This document shows, piece by piece, positions 1-8,331 of a stretch of DNA of 64,000 nucleotides. The position numbers were made by a program, and so were the translations under genes. Source of the DNA: Planctomycetota bacterium (GTDB lineage Bacteria; Planctomycetota; UBA1135); contig JAAESM010000002.1 in NCBI GenBank assembly GCA_024229395.1, forward strand, positions 27,682 to 91,681, written 5' to 3'. Numbering within the stretch: the first letter of the stretch is position 1; each line of letters begins with the position of its first letter. The notes under the pieces are model-generated. The model worked only from the letters and a program-made list of their open reading frames with translations, was not told the DNA's origin and did not search any database.

Positions 1-1
1 C

Positions 2-196
2 ACCAAGCACTTGATCGGTATGTTCAAGATTCCGCGCATCCACGCGCGGATACGTTTCGCGCCCGAGCCGATCACTGGGAACAACCGTCACGAGTTGGCC
101 GAGAACGCGGGTCGTTGCATGGAAGAGTTGTTCGAGCCGCTGCACGACTGGAGCCGCATCCAACCAGAAGACGACGACGGCATCCCGGATAGCTAA
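2..196 (+). CDS. C-terminal fragment (5' truncated), probable lysophospholipid acyltransferase family protein
   Basis: Open frame from the window edge (TKHLIGMFKIPRIHARIRF...NRHELA) resembles the C-terminus of PlsC-like acyltransferases; stop abuts the next ATG. Confidence 0.45.
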   Translation, partial: TKHLIGMFKIPRIHARIRFAPEPITGNNRHELAENAGRCMEELFEPLHDWSRIQPEDDDGIPDS

Positions 197-1786
197 ATGC
201 CCGACGCCGAGCTGCTCTACCTGATGCTGAGCCTTGCCGCGGCGACCTTGGTATCCGAAGACCTCAGCTGCATCACTGCTGGTTTGATGGTTTCGCAAGG
301 ACGCCTCAGCCTGCTGGCCGCCAGCGTTGCCTGTTTCCTTGGCATCCTGATCGGCGACATGTTGCTCTACTTCACTGGCCGCTATCTCGGTCGCCCTGCG
401 CTGAAACGCCGCCCATTACGCTGGCTCGTGCAAGTAAGCGCCGTCGACCGCGCCTCAACTTGGTTCTGCAAGCGCGGCCTAGCGGTGATATTCATTTCAC
501 GCTTCACCCCAGGCTTGCGGCTGCCGACGTATTTCGCGGCTGGAGTGCTGCGCACCAATCCACTCAGTTTTCTTCTCTATTTCAGCTTGGCTTGTCTGCT
601 TTGGGCGCCAAGTCTGGTTTGGTTGGCGAGTAGGTTCGGCGATAGTGCCGAATCAGCGCTACTAAGATTCGAAGACAATGCCCTGTGGCTATTGATCGGC
701 CTTGGTTTGTTGATTTTCGTCATGACTCGGGTTGTGGTTCCGGTGTTCACTTGGCGCGGTCGACGAATGATGGTGGGAGTTTGGCGTCGGCAGCTGCGTT
801 GGGAGTATTGGTCGCGTTTGCGCCTTTACGCACCGGTTTTGCCCACCATTCTTTGGTTGGCAATTCGGCATAAAAGCCTAATCTTGGTTTCAGCCGTGAA
901 TCCAGACCTCGAGGGAGGCGGATTGGCTGGCGAATCCAAGGCAGCCATGTTCGCCAAGCTGCAGGGGCAAGGCGTACCTACTTATTGCCTGTTTCCAGCT
1001 GGGATCGCCTCGCCATCCGCGATGGCTGAGCTGGAGAAATGGATGGGCAGGGAGGACCTCGATTATCCAATCGTGCTGAAGCCTGATTCTGGCGAACGGG
1101 GAACCGGGGTCGCCATGATCCAAACCCCAACGGAAGCTTCCGCGTGGTTCGAGAATCAAGACCGAGCTGCAATCGCCCAGCCACTTATCCTTGGACTTGA
1201 GTTCGGGGTCTCCTATCTGCGCTTCCCGGGCGCCGACCGAGGCAAGGTCGTCAGCATTTGCGCCAAGGAGCCACCCACGGTGGAGGGCGATGGACACAGC
1301 ACGATCGAAGAACTCATCCTCAACCACCCCCGTCATGTGGCGGTGGCAAAGCCCTTACTTGCGGCACAATCGCAGCAGCTATTTGATGTGCCAGCAGCTG
1401 GCGAGCAAGTCGTGTTGAGTCCGCTCGGCACCCACAGTCGCGGCGCTATTTTCCTGAATAGAAACGTCCTGCACACGGCGGACCTGGAAGCTGCCATTGA
1501 AGACATAAGCCGTCGCATGGAGGGCTTCTACTTGGGGCGCTACGACATCCGCGTTCCATCCACGGATGACCTTCAAGCTGGTCGCAACATCCAAGTCCTG
1601 GAGCTGAACGGCCTAACTGGCGAGCCAGCGCATATCTATGATCCACAGCATTCCGTCGGCTATGCACGCAAGGTGCTGTGTCAACTTTGGCGCGATGCGT
1701 TCACCATCGCCGCAGCCAACAAGAAGGCAGGCGCCGCGCCGGCGTCGGCAAGTGAATTGCTGCGCTTGTGGCGTTCCAGTCGCTAG
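197..1786 (+). CDS. DedA/VTT membrane domain fused to an ATP-grasp (D-Ala-D-Ala ligase-like) domain
   Basis: DedA motifs SEDL, GD..LY..GR, SRFTPGLR; ATP-grasp motifs YPIVLKPDSGERGTGV, GRYDIR, ELNG. Confidence 0.85.
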   Translation: MPDAELLYLMLSLAAATLVSEDLSCITAGLMVSQGRLSLLAASVACFLGILIGDMLLYFTGRYLGRPALKRRPLRWLVQVSAVDRASTWFCKRGLAVIFISRFTPGLRLPTYFAAGVLRTNPLSFLLYFSLACLLWAPSLVWLASRFGDSAESALLRFEDNALWLLIGLGLLIFVMTRVVVPVFTWRGRRMMVGVWRRQLRWEYWSRLRLYAPVLPTILWLAIRHKSLILVSAVNPDLEGGGLAGESKAAMFAKLQGQGVPTYCLFPAGIASPSAMAELEKWMGREDLDYPIVLKPDSGERGTGVAMIQTPTEASAWFENQDRAAIAQPLILGLEFGVSYLRFPGADRGKVVSICAKEPPTVEGDGHSTIEELILNHPRHVAVAKPLLAAQSQQLFDVPAAGEQVVLSPLGTHSRGAIFLNRNVLHTADLEAAIEDISRRMEGFYLGRYDIRVPSTDDLQAGRNIQVLELNGLTGEPAHIYDPQHSVGYARKVLCQLWRDAFTIAAANKKAGAAPASASELLRLWRSSR

Positions 1787-1836
1787 CTTTCGCAGCCCAT
1801 TCACCTCTCAACAACAGGTCGCTAAAATACGCCGCT

Positions 1837-2181
1837 ATGACTGCCCTCGTTTGGTTCAATCCCCGCTGTTCAAAATCCCGTGGCCTCAAAGCTTTGCTTG
1901 AGGAGCGCGGCGTCGGAGCCGATTACCGCGAATACTTAGAGCAGCCGCCGACGGTCGCAGAGTTGGAGCAGTTGATGAAGTCGCTCGGCACCGAAGATGC
2001 ATTGACCATCATGCGCACTAAGGAAGCAGCCTTCCAAGAGCAGAACCTTGCCGATGCCGATACCGCAACACGCCTGGCTGCCATTGCTGCAACGCCATCC
2101 TTGATGGAGCGTCCAATCTTGGTGATCGGTGATCGCGCAGTGGTTGCTCGTCCACCAGAGCGCGCGACGGAAATCCTTTAA
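1837..2181 (+). CDS. arsC: ArsC/Spx family (glutaredoxin-type arsenate reductase-like) protein
   Basis: NPRCSKSR active-site motif and LMERPIL; start placed at ATG 1837. Confidence 0.85.
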   Translation: MTALVWFNPRCSKSRGLKALLEERGVGADYREYLEQPPTVAELEQLMKSLGTEDALTIMRTKEAAFQEQNLADADTATRLAAIAATPSLMERPILVIGDRAVVARPPERATEIL

Positions 2182-2226
2182 AGGATCCCGCGGCTGCACG
2201 ACACCACGCCGAAAACTCGACCAAGC

Positions 2227-3438
2227 CTAAAGCTCGATTCGCGAGGGTCCTTTCAGATCGAACTTACGTCGTTCGACCAGGAAGTGTTCACCGTGAATAC
2301 GGCGCTTGCGGAATCCAAGCAGGTGGAAGATCTCGACCAAGAACCAACGCGCAACGCGGCGGTCCACGTGCAAGGCTTCTTGACCATGACCACCTTGGAC
2401 GCGCCGCACGCCGGGCAGGAAATGCACCAGTCGGTCCATGCGCAGTCGGCGCATCCAGCGCGAAGCGACTAGCCAAGCTGGATGGATATCGAGCGCCAAG
2501 AAGAAACCGTCGTTGCCTTTGCCTTGATAAAGCGGCAGCAGGATGCGGGCCTTGTAGTTGGCTGGAATGCCACCGCGCTCGCTGTCGTCGGCGACGATCT
2601 CACCAGCCTCAAGTCGGCGGAAGTTGCGATAACCGGGCCGCATCGTGAAGCCTTCCTTGCCGGTGATGGCGTGGCGATAGCGCACACCTAACCATTGCGG
2701 CAATCCGTTGCGACTTCTGTCCAACAGTGCATCGGCTTCGGCGGCCTTTGGGCAATCACGCTCACGAATGCAATGCGCACCGATCAGAGCTCGCCACACA
2801 GCAGCTTCATGGTGATCGATCGAGGTCTCGGCATCATGTTGCCCACCTTCGAAACCCATCGTGACCATGCCGGCATTGTTCAGATGCTCCAGCAACGCGC
2901 CTTCCAGTTGCTCCTCCAATCCAAGGATCACAGGCACCCGAAAGCTGCGTGCGAAACGTCGGTTGCGGATGGTGTCGCCAATGCAAGCGAAGGGTTCGCC
3001 TTCAGCCGACGAAGTGTGCAGGTCCATGAAGAAGTACGGACCTTGCTGACCTTCGACAGCATCGCGGATCGCGCCAAGCAACTCGCGCTGCTCAAGGGTC
3101 TCTGCGCAACTGTCGTTGAGTGTTTCGAGCTTCTCCATGCGCATTGGCTTCCATGCACGATTCAAGTCGCGGTCAATGAAGCGTGCGCCGACTTCGAGCG
3201 CGCGAATGTTGCCGGACAAGCCAACCAAAGTTCCACGCATTGGAATGTCATTCTGCTCCAGGAAGGAGAACACGCGCTGCAGTGCCTTCACGCCCGATGG
3301 CTCGTTGCCATGGATGCCGCCCACGCACAAAACCAGCGGCCCAGGCTCTTGGCCTTGGTGTCGGCCGAGGATGCGTGGGTAGTGCTGCAAGGCAGGTGCG
3401 GAGGAAGTGGCAGAATCCAAGTTGAACAGATGAGGCAA
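2227..3438 (-). CDS. Succinylglutamate desuccinylase/aspartoacylase (M14-like zinc deacylase/peptidase)
   Basis: GGIHGNEPSG, DLNR, DLHT, FEGGQH motifs. Confidence 0.85.
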   Translation of the reverse strand: MPHLFNLDSATSSAPALQHYPRILGRHQGQEPGPLVLCVGGIHGNEPSGVKALQRVFSFLEQNDIPMRGTLVGLSGNIRALEVGARFIDRDLNRAWKPMRMEKLETLNDSCAETLEQRELLGAIRDAVEGQQGPYFFMDLHTSSAEGEPFACIGDTIRNRRFARSFRVPVILGLEEQLEGALLEHLNNAGMVTMGFEGGQHDAETSIDHHEAAVWRALIGAHCIRERDCPKAAEADALLDRSRNGLPQWLGVRYRHAITGKEGFTMRPGYRNFRRLEAGEIVADDSERGGIPANYKARILLPLYQGKGNDGFFLALDIHPAWLVASRWMRRLRMDRLVHFLPGVRRVQGGHGQEALHVDRRVARWFLVEIFHLLGFRKRRIHGEHFLVERRKFDLKGPSRIEL

Positions 3439-3467
3439 GACCTCATCATTTCATCGCCTAAACCAGG

Positions 3468-5390
3468 TTAATCCTTGAGTTTCTGCTCGAGGAGGCGAGC
3501 GGCGATTCCCATAAGAATGTCTTCGGTGACGAGCCCCACCAAGCGGTGGTTGCTGTCCACGACGGGTAGGCAGGATATCTTTTTCCGGCGCATCAAGGCG
3601 ATGGCATCCAGAGTCCTCGTATCGGGGCTCACACAGATGGGGTCGGCATCCATGACTTCCGACACCGGCACCTCATCGGCGTTGTCAGGCGGGTTGAAGG
3701 CGAAGCGCATCAGCACCCGGTGGGTGAGCAGCCCGACTAGGTTGTGGTCGTCGTCTTCCACGGGGATGTGGCGCAGGTGCCACCAGTCCATCATGTTGGC
3801 GGCAAGGTCCACCAACTCGGTCTGGCGCACGGTGAACAGGTCCGTGTTCATCAGCGACGTAATCCGCTCATATTGATCACGCCAGGAGACGCTGGCATCG
3901 CAGACCTCAGCGAGCGGCCACTCATGCAGCGGTGCGCCACTTTCCTGGTTGCGGATTGAGCAGTTCACCAAGGCGCTTAGCGTTTCGGAAACGTTGGCGT
4001 TGCGGCGCATTTCCACGGCCGACGATAACATCCAGCGTGCACCGGTCTTCTCTTGCGCCACGCGTTCGCGAATCACACCCAGTAAGCGATCGATGTCGGC
4101 CTCATTGACGTTGTTGCTCTCCAAGCCACGACGTGCGATCGGCAGCAGGATGGCCAGGATCAGGTCGTGGGTGGGGTAGGTCTTACCGTCGACCCAACGC
4201 AGTTGTGCATCGAGACCAAGGCGTGCGGCAGCGAGCAGATTGTTCTTGGCATCGTCGAATTCGAAACGCCCGCGCGGGTCGCCGTATTCATCGGCCATGC
4301 CTCGCATCAAGCCCAACCAGAACGCGGTGTTGGCGACCTCGTCGAGGACCGACGGACCACTTGGCAGCAAGCGGTTCTCGATACGTAAGTGCGGCTTGCC
4401 ATCGCTGATGCCGTAACACGCGCGGTTCCAACGGTAGACCGTGCCGGTGTGCAAGCGCAGCGCATCAAGCCCTGGCGTGCGACCTTCTTCCAAAGCCTGC
4501 AATGGATCCTCGTAACTTTCCGCACCCAACAAGGAGCGGAAGCGGGCGATGTCTTCGCGGTACAACTCGATGACCGAGTCCTTAACCCAGGAAATGCCAA
4601 ACATCACGCGTGGCATCAACTCGCGCAGGTGAACTTGCGACGACCGCGTATCCACCGATTGTTGGAACAGGGCCAATCGTGTTTCGCGCCACAAGCGTTT
4701 CGCGAAAAGCAGCGGTGAGTTGACCGCACAGGAAAGCACCGGCGCAGCGATCAGCTGCGAGATGTTGTAGTGCAGTGGAAACTCATCAGCCGGGATTTGC
4801 AGATGCACCTGATAGGAGGTGTTGCATGCCTCCAGCATGATGGTGTCGTGCGTTAGTTGCAGATCATCGATGCCCTTGATCCGGAGGCTGAAGTCACCGC
4901 CACGCAAACGCGCCAACGCATCATTCAAAGCGTAGTAGCGTGGGTTCGGAGTCATGTTGTCGAGCGACATGTCCTCCATTTCCAAGGTAGGCAAGATGCC
5001 GGTCAGGACGACGTCGCCGCCTGCTTGGCGCGCAGCGATCCGGGCCTTTTCCACCAGCTCGTTGTTCTGCTTCTCCAGCCGCGCGAGGCAGTCCCCTTTG
5101 AAATCGAGCGGGTCGAGATTGCACTCCAGGTTGAACTGAGCCAATTCCGGGGTGAAATGAGGGTCCTGTACGGCCTCAAGCACACGACTACCGAGGTTGG
5201 CGGGGCGCATGGCTCGGTCGACCAGGAACATCTCTTGCTCAGCGCCAATACGCTGACGATCGTTCTCGAACATGTCGTGCTTGATCATGTGATCCAGCGC
5301 TTGCATGTCACGCAGCAAGGCCTTCGTGAAGAGCCGAAGCTGGTCCTCGTCGCGGTATGAGTTGACGTTGAAATCGCCCATTTCACTCAT
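3468..5390 (-). CDS. Glutamate-cysteine ligase (GCS2) family protein with C-terminal CBS pair
   Basis: IGAEQE, ELAQFNLE, SYQVHLQ, LRIENR motifs; CBS motifs RHIPV..LVGLLT and SCLPVV..LVGLVT; GGAGG SD before ATG 5390. Confidence 0.85.
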   Translation of the reverse strand: MSEMGDFNVNSYRDEDQLRLFTKALLRDMQALDHMIKHDMFENDRQRIGAEQEMFLVDRAMRPANLGSRVLEAVQDPHFTPELAQFNLECNLDPLDFKGDCLARLEKQNNELVEKARIAARQAGGDVVLTGILPTLEMEDMSLDNMTPNPRYYALNDALARLRGGDFSLRIKGIDDLQLTHDTIMLEACNTSYQVHLQIPADEFPLHYNISQLIAAPVLSCAVNSPLLFAKRLWRETRLALFQQSVDTRSSQVHLRELMPRVMFGISWVKDSVIELYREDIARFRSLLGAESYEDPLQALEEGRTPGLDALRLHTGTVYRWNRACYGISDGKPHLRIENRLLPSGPSVLDEVANTAFWLGLMRGMADEYGDPRGRFEFDDAKNNLLAAARLGLDAQLRWVDGKTYPTHDLILAILLPIARRGLESNNVNEADIDRLLGVIRERVAQEKTGARWMLSSAVEMRRNANVSETLSALVNCSIRNQESGAPLHEWPLAEVCDASVSWRDQYERITSLMNTDLFTVRQTELVDLAANMMDWWHLRHIPVEDDDHNLVGLLTHRVLMRFAFNPPDNADEVPVSEVMDADPICVSPDTRTLDAIALMRRKKISCLPVVDSNHRLVGLVTEDILMGIAARLLEQKLKD

Positions 5391-5462
5391 GGTAGCGGCC
5401 TCCAAACATGAATGGATATTTATGTGCGCTGACATTATCTGTGATTACGTATACTGCAAAAC

Positions 5463-5900
5463 GTGTCCAAGAACATTCCGGATAGTCCCTCCCGCTCGGT
5501 GTACTTCAGCTTGATGAAAGCTGCTGATATTTTGGGTGGAGATTTCGCGCGGCTATTTCGTCAGCATGGGATTACGGCAACCGTTTTCAACGCCATGCGG
5601 ATCTTGATTAAAGGTCCGGAAGAAGGGCAACGGATTGGTGAGATCGGTCGCCAGCTGATTCAACGCGTGCCGGATATCACCCGCTTGATTGATCGCATGG
5701 AGCGCGATGGTTTGGTTTTCCGAAATCGTGACAAGGAAGATCGCCGCGCTGTCACGATTCGATTGACGGACCTTGGCGTTGGGAAATGCGAAAGCCTATA
5801 TTCAGCTGTATCCATGCATCACAAAAAGCAGTTGGCGCACATGAATGACCGCGATCTCAGGCAACTTCACACACTGCTCAAGAAAACGATGGACCGTTAG
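5463..5900 (+). CDS. MarR family transcriptional regulator
   Basis: wHTH PDITRLIDRMERDGLV..R..EDRRAV.IRLT..G. Confidence 0.9.
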   Translation: MSKNIPDSPSRSVYFSLMKAADILGGDFARLFRQHGITATVFNAMRILIKGPEEGQRIGEIGRQLIQRVPDITRLIDRMERDGLVFRNRDKEDRRAVTIRLTDLGVGKCESLYSAVSMHHKKQLAHMNDRDLRQLHTLLKKTMDR

Positions 5901-6005
5901 ATTGCAAAATCCTTAGATATTTGCAATCCCGTGTGAATATCAAATTGCTATTGTCGTTCCACCCACTCTTTTATTGAGTGAACATTCATCCCCCCGAATG
6001 TCGCT

Positions 6006-6653
6006 GTGACGAACCCAATGTCCCCCAAAGACACCCCCCTGAAATCGTCTTTTCTTGATCAATGCCTTGCCGAAGATTGGCAAGCGACCTGCCGTCAGTA
6101 TCAAGCATTTTTGGATGTGCCATCGCGTAAGCGTTTTCACTATCTAGGCAAGTTATTTGAACATCTTTGCCCGTGGATCGAGAACGCGATCCGTGGCGTG
6201 ACCATGCGGCACTTCATCCTGTTGCCGAAGGAAATGGTGTTGGCGCGAATGTTCGCCAAGGCGTGTAAACGCGAATCGTTACCGAAGTCGCATGTGATCT
6301 TCCAGATTTGGATCGAGTCGATCATCTTGCGCGATGTGGCGAATCCCAAGAATGAACTGGGCGCTAACAATGGAGCGAGTGGTGAGCCGTCGGCCTTGTT
6401 GCAGCAACGCTTCAATCGCTTGTGCTTGGAGGATCGAGCCTTGCTCTACCTATATATGGTCGAGCGATGCAGTGTGGCCGAGGTCTCTAGTTACACCGGG
6501 ATCCCTCAGGTCACTGCGGTTGAGAACCTCAGTCGAATCTGGAAACAGGTGCAGGGCAGTGGCGCCGCGTTGGAGTTGCCGCGCGGCTGGCGAGCCCCTC
6601 AGGCCACCGAATGCGACATGGTTCATGAGGACCGAAACCCCGAGGTCGATTGA
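6006..6653 (+). CDS. Divergent ECF sigma-factor-like protein (clear region 4, degenerate region 2)
   Basis: RFNRLCLEDRALLYLYMVERCSVAEVSSYTGIP..TAVENLSR matches the sigma70 r4_2 pattern; start uncertain (GTG 6006 or ATG 6018). Confidence 0.6.
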   Translation: MTNPMSPKDTPLKSSFLDQCLAEDWQATCRQYQAFLDVPSRKRFHYLGKLFEHLCPWIENAIRGVTMRHFILLPKEMVLARMFAKACKRESLPKSHVIFQIWIESIILRDVANPKNELGANNGASGEPSALLQQRFNRLCLEDRALLYLYMVERCSVAEVSSYTGIPQVTAVENLSRIWKQVQGSGAALELPRGWRAPQATECDMVHEDRNPEVD

Positions 6654-7207
6654 AATCGAGCTCGGCCAGGCATTTGCAGATTCTGCGTGAGGCCTGCGCG
6701 GTTGAGCAGAACCTGGCCTTGGCTACCTGCCTGCACCAAGCGGCAGCCATATTGGAAATGCGTCGCGAGGGGGTGGCGGCCTACCAGCCACATCCAAGCC
6801 TGCTAGGGCTGAGTCTGCGCCAGCTCCAGGCTCAAGTGGATTGCCTGAGTGAGCAGAGGATTGCTTTACGGAACCGTACTCCGCTTGAGCTTTGCGCTTT
6901 ATCACGGGGTTTTGGTAACGATTCGGAGCTGCTGACCCTCACTGAGGCAGCTTCTTACTACCGTTCAGGGCAGGTTAAGCACGGCAGAGACCACTATGTA
7001 CTAGCTCTGATGAGGGCTGAAAGCCGTTCGATTCGGGCAAGATGCCTCACGAGCTTGGCTGCAATCTATTATTCCGAAGGAAATTACATCGCTGCCCAAA
7101 GTTTTTCTGGCGCCGCCATGAAAGAAAATCCGGGATTACGGATAGTCCAGGAGAATAACCACAAAATTGTGACTAATCCTGGCGAAAACAGGCCTGACGG
7201 GGTGTGA
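6650..7207 (+). CDS. TPR-like helical repeat protein
   Basis: ARCLTSLAAIYYSEGNYIAAQSF TPR pattern; 4-nt overlap with the upstream stop. Confidence 0.55.
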   Translation: MKSSSARHLQILREACAVEQNLALATCLHQAAAILEMRREGVAAYQPHPSLLGLSLRQLQAQVDCLSEQRIALRNRTPLELCALSRGFGNDSELLTLTEAASYYRSGQVKHGRDHYVLALMRAESRSIRARCLTSLAAIYYSEGNYIAAQSFSGAAMKENPGLRIVQENNHKIVTNPGENRPDGV

Positions 7208-7289
7208 GCGGGCTGTTTCCCCCGAGTTTTCCACAACGATTCCACGGGAATAACACTGTTCCGCACACTTTTTTCACAAAAAATATCTA

Positions 7290-7323
7290 AAGTCTAGGGA
7301 ACATTTCTCCAAGTCTGCGGAAC
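7290..7323 (+). promoter_or_regulatory. Tandem 13-bp direct repeat containing an ECF-like -35 GGAAC
   Basis: AAGTCTAGGGAAC (7290-7302) and AAGTCTGCGGAAC (7311-7323), 21-bp period, upstream of the ECF gene. Confidence 0.45.
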
Positions 7324-7371
7324 TATCGCTGTTACCCTAGTGCTGACCAGGCATAGCCTTAGCTGAATCCG

Positions 7372-8331
7372 ATGACTTTTGCCCCCCTGAAAACTGAACA
7401 GCTCGAAAGCTTCGCCGCAAGGCTTGAGGCTTTTGCGAGTGAGGTTGGGCATGAGCGTCTCTTGGAATTTAGCAGTCGCTTAGGTGATTTGAACACCCGT
7501 GAACGCGATCGTTTGTCAACGGAGTTGATGGCGATCTACGCCGAGTCAGCATCGAACGAAGCCTTCGGTCTTCTCTTTGAGTTGAACCAAGATGGCGTCA
7601 TGCGTTTGATCTACCATCACCTGCGCCGCAGTTTCTTCTCGGTAGACCCGAACGATGTGTTGCAAGAAGTCTTCTTCAACATCTATCGCTACCCGAAGAA
7701 CTTCGATTCGACCAAGCCGTCTGCCTTCCGCAACTGGACCCACTCCATCGTGCGGAACACCACCTTGAAGCACAGCCGTAAGGCACAGCGCAACCATGTG
7801 GTTTCCCTGACCAGCCCCGATCGCGATTCGGAACGCGAACTGCCGAACCTCGAGCCCGAGGACTTCGACGGACGCACCCCACTTCAGCAGACCGAGGACA
7901 AGGAAAGTAATGAGCAACTCATCGGCGCATGGATGCTCTACCTGCACTTCTACCAAGAGGCCTATCGTTACCTCACTCCGCGCGAGAAGCGTGCGTTGTA
8001 TTTGGTTGAAGTCGATGGCGCTCCTTACAAGGAAGCCGCCGCCGAACTCGGGGTTCGCGTCGAGAACCTCAAGATGCGCATCTTCCGCGCACGTCGCAAG
8101 ATCTTCACCATCATGAAGCGCAAGTTCTCCGCAGGAGAAGGCGCATATGATCGTGAACAGCTTGGCCAACAACTGGATTCCTGCGCCGACGCCGGCCGGG
8201 CAACTGCGGCGGATCGTCGCATGAACGCCCCGGCTCCGGCAGTCGAGAAATCGGCGCGTACCACTGGCCGTTTCACTACCCTGAAGCCTGCAAAGAAGAA
8301 GGTCGTCAAGGACATGGAGGAAGGCTCATGA
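7372..8331 (+). CDS. ECF (sigma-70 group 4) RNA polymerase sigma factor with N- and C-terminal extensions
   Basis: Region 2 DVLQEVFFNIYR..F..FRNW..SIVRN; region 4 LTPREKRALYL..G.PYKEAA..LGV....KMRIFRAR. Confidence 0.92.
   Translation: MTFAPLKTEQLESFAARLEAFASEVGHERLLEFSSRLGDLNTRERDRLSTELMAIYAESASNEAFGLLFELNQDGVMRLIYHHLRRSFFSVDPNDVLQEVFFNIYRYPKNFDSTKPSAFRNWTHSIVRNTTLKHSRKAQRNHVVSLTSPDRDSERELPNLEPEDFDGRTPLQQTEDKESNEQLIGAWMLYLHFYQEAYRYLTPREKRALYLVEVDGAPYKEAAAELGVRVENLKMRIFRARRKIFTIMKRKFSAGEGAYDREQLGQQLDSCADAGRATAADRRMNAPAPAVEKSARTTGRFTTLKPAKKKVVKDMEEGS

Noticed and set aside
1837..2181. Arsenic resistance operon
   Set aside because: A lone ArsC-family gene, with no arsR, arsB or acr3
7227..7278. 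Two TTWTNCACA DnaA-box-like matches (7227-7235, 7270-7278) suggesting oriC
   Set aside because: Only two boxes in a short AT-rich spacer, with no dnaA/dnaN context and no clear unwinding element
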